The notes under the pieces are model-generated. The model was not told the origin of the DNA, ran no database searches, and saw only the letters and a list, made by a program, of their open reading frames with translations. Below, one piece after another: positions 9,851-17,375 of a DNA stretch of 24,000 nucleotides. Where the stretch lies: contig NZ_CATWFF010000001.1 of NCBI RefSeq assembly GCF_958350005.1, forward strand, positions 6,616 through 30,615. Direction: 5' to 3'. The translations under genes and the position numbers were made by a program. The stretch comes from an uncultured Megasphaera sp. (GTDB lineage: Bacteria; Bacillota; Negativicutes; Veillonellales; Megasphaeraceae). The stretch's first letter is position 1; each line of letters starts with the position of its first letter.

Positions 9851-10882
9851 ATGGCAGAGTTTGCAAATATAAAAGTAATTGGCGTTGGCGGCGGCGGAAA
9901 TAATGCTGTCAACCGTATGATAGAAAGCGGACTTCAGGGTGTACAGTTTATTTCGGTCAACACAGAAGACCAGGTACTGGAAGTATCGAAGGCAGATGTT
10001 AAAATTCAGATCGGTGAAAAACTGACCCGTGGTCTTGGTGCCGGTGCCAATCCTCAGGTTGGCGAACAGGCAGCACTGGAAAGCAAGGAAGAAATTATCA
10101 AAGCCCTTCAGGGTGCCGATATGGTTTTCGTCACAGCCGGCATGGGCGGCGGTACCGGCACAGGCGCTGCGCCGATCGTTGCCGAATGTGCCAAGGAAAT
10201 GGGCGCCCTTACGGTTGCTGTCGTTACCAAACCCTTTGCATTTGAAGGCAAACGCCGGAAAGAACAGGCAGAAAAAGGCGCTGCCTACTTAAAAGAAAAA
10301 GTAGATACGATCATTACGATTCCTAATGACAAACTGCTTCAGATTATTGACAAGAAAACGCCGCTGAAAGATGCGTTCCTCGTTGCCGATGACGTTCTCC
10401 GTCAGGGCGTACAGGGGATTTCCGACCTGATTACGACGACGGGCCTGATTAACCTGGACTTTGCTGACGTGAAGACCATCATGTCCGACCAGGGCGAAGC
10501 CATCATGGGCATCGGCGTAGGTTCCGGCGAAAACCGTGCTGTTGAAGCTGTTGACGGAGCTATTCACAGCTCCCTGCTGGAAACGGGTATTGACGGCGCC
10601 CAGAGCATTCTGCTCAACGTAACAGGCGGTCCTGACATCAGCCTGTATGAAATCAATGAAGCGGCAGAAAAAGTTGCGGAAGCAGTGGATCCGGACGCAA
10701 ACATCATCTTTGGTTCTGTCATCGATCCGGATATGGAAGACTCCATCCGTATTACTGTCGTTGCTACGGGATTTGGCAAAGAACCGTCGTCTATCCCTGC
10801 ATTTGGCCAGAACGGCAGCGTAAAGACCGGCAGTGACACCCGGGAAGCAGGCGGCGTAGAAATTCCTACGTGGATGAGATAA
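9851..10882 (+). CDS. ftsZ: Cell division protein FtsZ
   Basis: GAAGGAGG RBS; [25 protein letters not shown] tubulin signature, FADVKTIM; conserved C-terminal peptide IPTWMR after a short linker. Confidence 0.98.
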   Translation: MAEFANIKVIGVGGGGNNAVNRMIESGLQGVQFISVNTEDQVLEVSKADVKIQIGEKLTRGLGAGANPQVGEQAALESKEEIIKALQGADMVFVTAGMGGGTGTGAAPIVAECAKEMGALTVAVVTKPFAFEGKRRKEQAEKGAAYLKEKVDTIITIPNDKLLQIIDKKTPLKDAFLVADDVLRQGVQGISDLITTTGLINLDFADVKTIMSDQGEAIMGIGVGSGENRAVEAVDGAIHSSLLETGIDGAQSILLNVTGGPDISLYEINEAAEKVAEAVDPDANIIFGSVIDPDMEDSIRITVVATGFGKEPSSIPAFGQNGSVKTGSDTREAGGVEIPTWMR

Positions 10883-10894
10883 GCAGTATACTGG

Positions 10895-10925
10895 AAAAGC
10901 GGATCCTGGCGGACCCGCTTTTTTT
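10895..10925 (+). terminator. Intrinsic terminator after ftsZ
   Basis: AAAAGCGG-A-TCC tggc GGA-C-CCGCTTTTTTT: GC-rich stem with a single mismatch followed by a T run. Confidence 0.85.
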
Positions 10926-10970
10926 GAAAATGCACGGCAATAGCGCCGATGTTAGGAGGAGAGACGCAGT

Positions 10971-11477
10971 ATGAGATGCCCTTTTTGCCGGAATGATGAT
11001 ACGAAAGTTACAGATTCACGAGCTACTGACGATGGAAAGGCCATTCGCCGCCGCCGGGAATGTCAGCATTGCGGAAAGCGCTTTACGACCTATGAAATGG
11101 TGGAAGAAGTGCAGCTCATCGTCATTAAGCGGGACGGAAGCCGGGAATTGTTTGACCGCAATAAAATACTGAACGGTCTGTTGCGGGCCTGCAATAAACG
11201 GAACGTCACGCGGCAGCAGCTGGAGGACATTGTCATACATGTAGAGCGAAATATTCGCAATACTCTCGTACAGGAAGTGACCAGCGAAAAAATCGGCGAA
11301 ATGGTGCTGGCCGAATTGCTTACAGTCGATGAGGTAGCCTATGTTCGCTTTGCTTCCGTATATCGGCAGTTTGCCGATCTGGGCAGCTTTATGGAAGAGC
11401 TGCAGCGCCTTATGGGCAGAAAATACGGGAATGTGACAGGCCGGAACGGCAGGGAAAGAGGCGACAGGAATGACTGA
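10971..11477 (+). CDS. nrdR: Transcriptional repressor NrdR
   Basis: Zn ribbon MRCPFCRNDDTKVTDSR and CQHCGKRFTTYE, then ATP-cone domain (VIKRDGSRELFDRNKI, EVAYVRFASVYRQF). Confidence 0.96.
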   Translation: MRCPFCRNDDTKVTDSRATDDGKAIRRRRECQHCGKRFTTYEMVEEVQLIVIKRDGSRELFDRNKILNGLLRACNKRNVTRQQLEDIVIHVERNIRNTLVQEVTSEKIGEMVLAELLTVDEVAYVRFASVYRQFADLGSFMEELQRLMGRKYGNVTGRNGRERGDRND

Positions 11478-12951
11478 AAATTATATTGACAACTTTTTGA
11501 ATACCGTCCTTCCCGGGCTTCGTATTGCCGTCATTGGCGATATTATGGTAGACCGCTATATTTTTGGCAGTGTAGACCGGATTTCACCGGAAGCGCCTGT
11601 TCCGGTCAATAAAGTAGACCATATCTCGTCGGTTCTGGGCGGCGCTGCCAATGTTGCCGCCAATCTGGCCAACCTGGACTGCCACGTCTTTCTGAGCGGT
11701 CTTATCGGTAATGATGATAATGCCGTGCTGCTCCGGCAGCTGCTGAAGGATGCCGGCATTGACGGCACGGGCCTTGCTGTCCGCGACGGCCATGTGACGA
11801 CGACGAAAATGCGCGTCCTCGGTGCGCGGCAGCAAATGGTGCGCCTTGATTTTGAAGAGGCTGCATCCCTTAAGGCCGATGAAGAAGCCTATATTGGACA
11901 CTGGCTGGAAATGCGCATTGCTGACGGGCTGGACGGCATTATTCTGTCTGATTACCAGAAGGGCGTACTGACCTGCAGTCTGGCAGCCAAGGTCATCGCT
12001 GCTGCCAGGAACGCAGGAATTCCCGTCCTCGTCGACCCGAAAGGCACGGACTGGTCCAAGTATAATGGTGCTGATTTTGTCACGCCCAATATGAAAGAAC
12101 TGAGTGACTGCCTGGGGCGGCGCGTACCGAATGAAGGCGACGCCGTAGTGACAGCTGCCAGAGAGCTTCACAGGAAATACGAGTTTGCTCACCTCATGGT
12201 CACGCGTTCGGAAAAAGGCATTACCGTCATTGGCCGGGACGGCAAGGTATGGAATAATCCGGCTGTGGCGAAAGACGTATTTGATGTGTCCGGTGCCGGT
12301 GATACTGTAGCAGCTTCCTTTTTATCAGCTGTTGCCGGCCATTTGTCGATCCGTACGGGTCTGCAGATTGCCAATGCCGCTGCCGGCGTCGTCGTGACCA
12401 AAGTAGGGACCTATCCGATTCACCGCAGTGAACTCCTCAAGCTGTGGGATGAATGGCATCCTGTTCGCTGGGCACCGTACCGGGCTCTTACGTGGGACGA
12501 AACGGCAGAAAAGGTGCGGCAGTGGCAGAAAAACGGGGAAACTGTCGTGTTTACCAATGGCTGCTTTGATATTCTGCACCGCGGCCATGTGTTGTATTTG
12601 CAGCAGGCAGCCATGTTGGGACAGCATCTGATTGTCGGATTGAATTCCGATGATTCCGTCCGGCGCCTGAAGGGAGAAACGCGGCCTCTCGTCGCCCAGG
12701 AAGACCGGGCTATCCTGCTCAGTGCCCTGGACTGTGTCGATGAAGTCGTCATCTTCAATGAAGATACGCCGGCTGAACTGCTGCGCGTTCTCCGGCCGGA
12801 TATTCTCGTCAAAGGCGGCGATTACAAAGCCGAAGACGTTATTGGCCGCGAATATGTCAAGCGCGTGGAAATTATATCCTTTGAAGAAGGCTATTCGACG
12901 ACGGGACTGATTGAAAAAATACGTGATTTAGTAAAGAAGGGAAAATTATGA
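11470..12951 (+). CDS. hldE: Bifunctional heptose-7-phosphate kinase / heptose-1-phosphate adenylyltransferase
   Basis: N-terminal PfkB kinase (GDIMVDRYIFGSVDRISPEAPVPV, DVSGAGDTVAA) plus C-terminal nucleotidyltransferase (VFTNGCFDILHRGHVLYL, VKGGDYK). Confidence 0.95.
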   Translation: MTENYIDNFLNTVLPGLRIAVIGDIMVDRYIFGSVDRISPEAPVPVNKVDHISSVLGGAANVAANLANLDCHVFLSGLIGNDDNAVLLRQLLKDAGIDGTGLAVRDGHVTTTKMRVLGARQQMVRLDFEEAASLKADEEAYIGHWLEMRIADGLDGIILSDYQKGVLTCSLAAKVIAAARNAGIPVLVDPKGTDWSKYNGADFVTPNMKELSDCLGRRVPNEGDAVVTAARELHRKYEFAHLMVTRSEKGITVIGRDGKVWNNPAVAKDVFDVSGAGDTVAASFLSAVAGHLSIRTGLQIANAAAGVVVTKVGTYPIHRSELLKLWDEWHPVRWAPYRALTWDETAEKVRQWQKNGETVVFTNGCFDILHRGHVLYLQQAAMLGQHLIVGLNSDDSVRRLKGETRPLVAQEDRAILLSALDCVDEVVIFNEDTPAELLRVLRPDILVKGGDYKAEDVIGREYVKRVEIISFEEGYSTTGLIEKIRDLVKKGKL

Positions 12952-13913
12952 AAATTGTAACAGGCGGAGCCGGTTTTATTGGCAGCAATATTGTGAAGCA
13001 TCTGAATGACCGCGGCATTGATGATATCCTCATCGTAGATGATCTGACAGACGGCCGCAAATGCCGGAATTTACAGGGCCTGGCATTTTATGACTACATA
13101 GATTACGAAGATTTTGATGATGCCATGGCTGACGATACGTTCGACTGCGGCTATATTGACGTCGTATTCCATGAAGGTGCCTGCTCAGATACGATGAATT
13201 ACGACGGCCGGTATATGATGAAAAATAATTATGAAGGAAGCAAAAATCTGCTGCACTACTGCATGCAGCGTAAGATTCCCTTCCTGTATGCGTCTTCTGC
13301 ATCGACGTACGGCAGCGGCAAACATGGCTTTAAGGAAGAACCGCAGTGCGAACAGGCACTCAATCCCTATGCCTATTCGAAGCTGCAGTTTGACCGCTAT
13401 GTCCGCCGCATGATGCCCCTGGCCAAGAGCCAGATCGTAGGGTTCCGCTATTTTAACGTCTTTGGGCCGCAGGAAAATCATAAAGACCGCATGGCTTCGC
13501 TGATTTATCAGAAATACCATGAACTGCAGAAAACAGGCAAGATAACGCTGTTCAAGGGAACGGCAGGATATGGAGACGGCGAACAGATCCGCGACTTCAT
13601 TTATGTCGGCGACGTTGTGAATGTTATCTTTTATTTCTGGGAACATCCGGAACTGTCCGGTATTTTTAACTGCGGCACCGGCACAGGCCATACGTTTAAT
13701 GAATTTGTACAGGGCATTATTGACTATTGCGGAAAAGGTCATATTGAATATGTACCGTTCCCGGAAATCCTGCAGGGAAAATACCAGAGTTATACCCAGG
13801 CCGATACGACGAAGCTCATGAAAGCCGGATATGACCGCGGGTTTACGCTGCTTCCCGAAGCAGTTCGCGAATACTGCCGGATTCTGGAACAGAGTGACGG
13901 GTATTTTGAATGA
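12948..13913 (+). CDS. hldD: ADP-L-glycero-D-manno-heptose-6-epimerase
   Basis: VTGGAGFIGSNIVKHLNDRGI Rossmann motif, HEGACSDT, YAYSKLQFD, RYFNVFGPQE; located between hldE and gmhB. Confidence 0.93.
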   Translation: MKIVTGGAGFIGSNIVKHLNDRGIDDILIVDDLTDGRKCRNLQGLAFYDYIDYEDFDDAMADDTFDCGYIDVVFHEGACSDTMNYDGRYMMKNNYEGSKNLLHYCMQRKIPFLYASSASTYGSGKHGFKEEPQCEQALNPYAYSKLQFDRYVRRMMPLAKSQIVGFRYFNVFGPQENHKDRMASLIYQKYHELQKTGKITLFKGTAGYGDGEQIRDFIYVGDVVNVIFYFWEHPELSGIFNCGTGTGHTFNEFVQGIIDYCGKGHIEYVPFPEILQGKYQSYTQADTTKLMKAGYDRGFTLLPEAVREYCRILEQSDGYFE

Positions 13914-14431
13914 GAAAGGCCGTGTTTTTTGACCGCGACGGCGTGCTGAATGTGGATAAATCCTATTTATGGCGCATTCAGGATTTTGAGTGGGTCGACG
14001 GTGCCAAAGAGGCCCTGGCCTATGTGGCAAAGGCCGGATATATGAGCATTGTCGTAACCAATCAGAGCGGCGTGGCCAGAGGCTACTATACGGAAGAAGA
14101 TGTCCGCCTTCTTCATGAATGGATGTGCCAGGAGGCAGCGAAAGCCGGCGGCCCCATTGCAGCCGTATACTACTGCCCTTATCTGCCGGGCGCACCGGTT
14201 CCTCAGTATGACCGGCAAAGCGACTGGCGAAAGCCGGCGCCGGGCATGGTGCTGCAGGCGGCCAGAGAGCATGACATCGACCTGTCCCGGTCCTTTATGA
14301 TCGGCGATATGCCCCGTGACGTAGAATGCGGCGAGCGGGCCGGCATGAAGGGCTATCTGTTTTCCGGAGGTTCGTTATTGACGTTTGTACAAAAAATCAT
14401 TCAGGAAAGGAATCAGCGTGAAAGCATATAA
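13910..14431 (+). CDS. gmhB: D-glycero-beta-D-manno-heptose-1,7-bisphosphate 7-phosphatase (HAD family)
   Basis: FFDRDGVLNVDKSYL, VVTNQSGVARGYYTE, YYCPYLP, FMIGDMPRDVECG; ATGA-type overlap with hldD. Confidence 0.93.
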   Translation: MRKAVFFDRDGVLNVDKSYLWRIQDFEWVDGAKEALAYVAKAGYMSIVVTNQSGVARGYYTEEDVRLLHEWMCQEAAKAGGPIAAVYYCPYLPGAPVPQYDRQSDWRKPAPGMVLQAAREHDIDLSRSFMIGDMPRDVECGERAGMKGYLFSGGSLLTFVQKIIQERNQRESI

Positions 14432-15449
14432 GAATATTCTGATTGTCAAGATGAGTTCCCTTGGCGATGTGCTCCATGCGCTGCCTGTCGTTTACGCGCT
14501 GCGGGAAAATTGTCCCTCAGCGCGTATTGTTTGGGCAGTGCATCCTAATTTTGCCGCTGTTCTGCCAGGTAAGCCCTATATTGATGATGTCGTATATATT
14601 GATAAAAAACGGCTTACTTCGCCGGCATACTGGTGGCACCTGCGCCGGACTCTTCATGCCTATCATTTCGACCTGTGTCTGGATCTGCAGGGCCTGGCCA
14701 AAAGTGCCATTGTTGCCTTTAACAGCGGCGCCAGGGAAAAATATGGCTACTGGGAAATGCGGGAAGGCAGTTTTCTCGTAAGCAAAGGCCTGAAAGGGCC
14801 CAATCAATATGGACACGTTATTGAACGATATCTCGATACGGTCCGGGCCCTGGGCGGCATTGTCGATGCCGTGGAATTTCCGCTGCCGCCGGTGAAGAAA
14901 GAAGAGGATGGGCTGCGGCGAAAATTTGCCGATGCCGGATTTACGGGGCCTTATATTGCCGTCGTTCCCGGTGCCCGCTGGGCCGTCAAGGAATGGCCCC
15001 TGGCGTATTGGCAGGATTTTGTCCGCCGTGCAGCCGCTTCAGGCATGAATGTCCTGCTCCTGGGCAGTAAGGACGATCAGGAAAAAGGGCGGGCCATTGC
15101 CGGGGCCGCAGCATCACCGCAGGTCCTCGATTATACAGGGCTGACGACACTGCGGGAACTTATGGCGGCCATTTCCATGTCCTGCCTGTATATCAGCGCT
15201 GATACAGGGCCGCTCCATGTGGCCAATGCGCTGAAAAAGGAACTCATCGCCCTCTTTGGTCCGACTTGTCCCGATCGGACCGGCCCGTACGGCGGAATTC
15301 ACAGCCAGTATATCCATCTCATGATTTCGCCGACCTCTCAGGCTTCGCCGGAACGGCCCTTAGTCGACGATCCGGCCTGCATGGCTCAGATTAGGGTAGA
15401 CGATGTGTGGAAAACATACGAAACTGTCATGAAGAAGGTGAATATATGA
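14418..15449 (+). CDS. ADP-heptose:LPS heptosyltransferase (WaaC-like)
   Basis: ILIVKMSSLGDVLHALPVVYAL, GLAKSAIVAFNSGAREKYG, PGARWAVKEWPL, SADTGPLHVANAL; GT9 fold. The ORF track starts at 14385, but a GTG at 14418 (GGAAAGGAA RBS) is more plausible. Confidence 0.88.
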   Translation: MKAYKNILIVKMSSLGDVLHALPVVYALRENCPSARIVWAVHPNFAAVLPGKPYIDDVVYIDKKRLTSPAYWWHLRRTLHAYHFDLCLDLQGLAKSAIVAFNSGAREKYGYWEMREGSFLVSKGLKGPNQYGHVIERYLDTVRALGGIVDAVEFPLPPVKKEEDGLRRKFADAGFTGPYIAVVPGARWAVKEWPLAYWQDFVRRAAASGMNVLLLGSKDDQEKGRAIAGAAASPQVLDYTGLTTLRELMAAISMSCLYISADTGPLHVANALKKELIALFGPTCPDRTGPYGGIHSQYIHLMISPTSQASPERPLVDDPACMAQIRVDDVWKTYETVMKKVNI

Positions 15450-16519
15450 TTAATTTGCGGCACAAACGAATTATTGTTACCTTTTTAATGCATTTAGGTG
15501 ATCTGGTCCTGATTACGCCGTTTCTGCAGGTCCTGCGCCGTCATGCCCAGGGCTCGGACATTACCCTGGTTGTCGATGAAAAAGTTGCCGATGTTGTCCG
15601 GTATAATCCCAATGTCGATCACGTCGTGACAGTCGATAAAAAAGGGAAAGATAATTCTATCGGCGCATTGTGGCACATTGGCAGGAAGCTGCACCAGAAT
15701 CACTACGATGTACTTATCAACCTGCATCCAAACGAACGGACGTCCTTTCTGGCGACGGTCATTCAGGCCAGGGAATTTCTGGGCATGAGCCATTTTCTGT
15801 TTCGCCCTTTCATGGATCGGTATACGCGGCTGGATCGGATTCATCTCCATGCTGCCGACATGTATATGAACGTACTGGAGCAGCTGGGAATTGATGATTA
15901 CCGCAATGACGGCCTGCAGCTCTTTACCTGCCCGGCCTGGGACAAGAGGGCTCATGATTTTTATGCAGATCAGGGCGTGACGAAAGACAGGCGGCTCATT
16001 GGCTTTAATATTGGCAGTGCTGTTCCGCAGAAACGGTGGCCTCCGCAGCGCTTTGCCGCTGTTGCCGATTACTTTGCTGGCCAGGGATATGGCTGCGTCT
16101 TTTTTGGCGGCTCCATGGACAAAGCCATGGTACAGGAAGCGGCATCATTCATGGAGTCCAGGCCCATCGTGGCAACAGGGAAGTTTTCCATTGGTGAACT
16201 GGCTGCTGCCATTCGGCGCTGCTCCCTGTTTATTACCAATGACAGCGGTCCCATGCATATTGCTGTCAGTCAGGGCGTTCCTGTAGTGGCCCTGTATGGC
16301 CCGAGCAACCCCAAATTATACGGTCCCTATACGGATAAGGCTATCGTCCTGGAATCGACGGATCACTATGAACTGGGCAAGAGCATGAAGAAGATTATCA
16401 AAGAAGGACACTACAAAGGCATTTCCGTTATTCCCATGCAGCAGGTTATCGATGCCGGAGAAGAACTGCTGCGGCGGTATGGGACAAGTGGGCAGATTTT
16501 GCCTTTTCCCGGGAAATAG
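15446..16519 (+). CDS. ADP-heptose:LPS heptosyltransferase family protein (WaaF-like, GT9)
   Basis: IIVTFLMHLGDLVLITPFLQVLRR, NIGSAVPQKRWPPQRFA, ITNDSGPMHIAVSQGVPVVALYGPS. Start at 15446 (ATGA overlap) preferred over 15407. Confidence 0.87.
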   Translation: MINLRHKRIIVTFLMHLGDLVLITPFLQVLRRHAQGSDITLVVDEKVADVVRYNPNVDHVVTVDKKGKDNSIGALWHIGRKLHQNHYDVLINLHPNERTSFLATVIQAREFLGMSHFLFRPFMDRYTRLDRIHLHAADMYMNVLEQLGIDDYRNDGLQLFTCPAWDKRAHDFYADQGVTKDRRLIGFNIGSAVPQKRWPPQRFAAVADYFAGQGYGCVFFGGSMDKAMVQEAASFMESRPIVATGKFSIGELAAAIRRCSLFITNDSGPMHIAVSQGVPVVALYGPSNPKLYGPYTDKAIVLESTDHYELGKSMKKIIKEGHYKGISVIPMQQVIDAGEELLRRYGTSGQILPFPGK

Positions 16520-16527
16520 CGTATAAT
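16499..16527 (+). promoter_or_regulatory. Sigma-A type promoter for the outer membrane protein gene
   Basis: TTGCCT (16499-16504), 17-nt spacer, TATAAT (16522-16527); two more TATAAT copies at 16529 and 16544. Confidence 0.55.
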
Positions 16528-16562
16528 ATATAATGTATATGTGTATAATGGAGGTGGTTTTC

Positions 16563-17144
16563 ATGAAAAAAACAGCATTAGCAGCTGTATTGGCTGCCCT
16601 TCTTTCGATCGGTGCCGTATCGATGGCAGCACCGCTGAAAGATCAGCAGGCCGGAGATTTCAAAGCCAATGTCAACTATGGATTTGATCAGGAAGAAGGC
16701 AGTCGCTCCGCAGACAGCCGGTTTACAGGCGGCGATGTAACCTATGCCCTGAGTGAACGGTTCGATGTGCAGTATGCCAACAACTACACAAAAGGCGACA
16801 ATGGCAATAAAATTAACGAAAATTATCTGATTGGCAACTATCGCTTGGCGCCGAATTTGTCTGTATATGCAGGCGGTTCCTATGTCAAGACGGAAACGTA
16901 TAACAATACGAAGTCCTATGGATATCAGGTCGGCGTCAAAGGACAGCTTCCTCTGACGGACCGGCTCCAGGGATTTGCGTCTGTCGGTGTCGGCGATGAC
17001 GTAAACACCTATGAAGTAGGCCTGGGGTACGACCTGACGTCTGACTGGGATGCCCATGTTAAATATCGCAGCAGCAGCGTTGATGTCGACAACTATGATG
17101 ATGAAGTAAAAGGCTGGCAGGTCGGTATGGGGTATAAGTTCTAA
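16563..17144 (+). CDS. Small outer-membrane beta-barrel protein
   Basis: Signal peptide MKKTALAAVLAALLSIGAVSMAAP; alternating amphipathic strands; C-terminal aromatic strand GWQVGMGYKF; GGAGGTGG RBS. The track start at 16533 is probably upstream of the real one. Confidence 0.85.
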   Translation: MKKTALAAVLAALLSIGAVSMAAPLKDQQAGDFKANVNYGFDQEEGSRSADSRFTGGDVTYALSERFDVQYANNYTKGDNGNKINENYLIGNYRLAPNLSVYAGGSYVKTETYNNTKSYGYQVGVKGQLPLTDRLQGFASVGVGDDVNTYEVGLGYDLTSDWDAHVKYRSSSVDVDNYDDEVKGWQVGMGYKF

Positions 17145-17166
17145 TACGGATGGTGTAAGAGCCTGG

Positions 17167-17219
17167 AATCTCTCTTTGCAGAAATACAGAAATGGTATTC
17201 CTGTAAAGAGAGATTTTTT
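17167..17219 (+). terminator. Intrinsic terminator after the outer membrane protein gene
   Basis: Long hairpin AATCTCTCTTT...AAAGAGAGATT with inner pairing CAGAAATAC/GTATTCCTG (one mismatch), then TTTTTT. Confidence 0.85.
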
Positions 17220-17270
17220 ATGCGCAAAACGCATAGCTTGCATTCTAACTATATTGATTTATTAAGATAA

Positions 17271-17298
17271 TTGAGATTCGTAAAAATTATAGTAGAAT
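17271..17298 (+). promoter_or_regulatory. Candidate promoter for the Pta-[FeFe] hydrogenase pair
   Basis: TTGAGA (17271-17276), 16-nt spacer, TAGAAT (17293-17298), ~78 nt before the preferred start codon. Confidence 0.4.
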
Positions 17299-17375
17299 AA
17301 TACGTAAGGATAATTGTCTAGTAATTGTGAATGGGCAGGTGTTATTCTTTACTATCAGCAAAGAAGGTGTCTTAC

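Noticed and set aside
13185-14195. 336-aa minus-strand ORF opposite hldD/gmhB
   Set aside because: Antisense of two clear heptose-pathway genes; no motif support.
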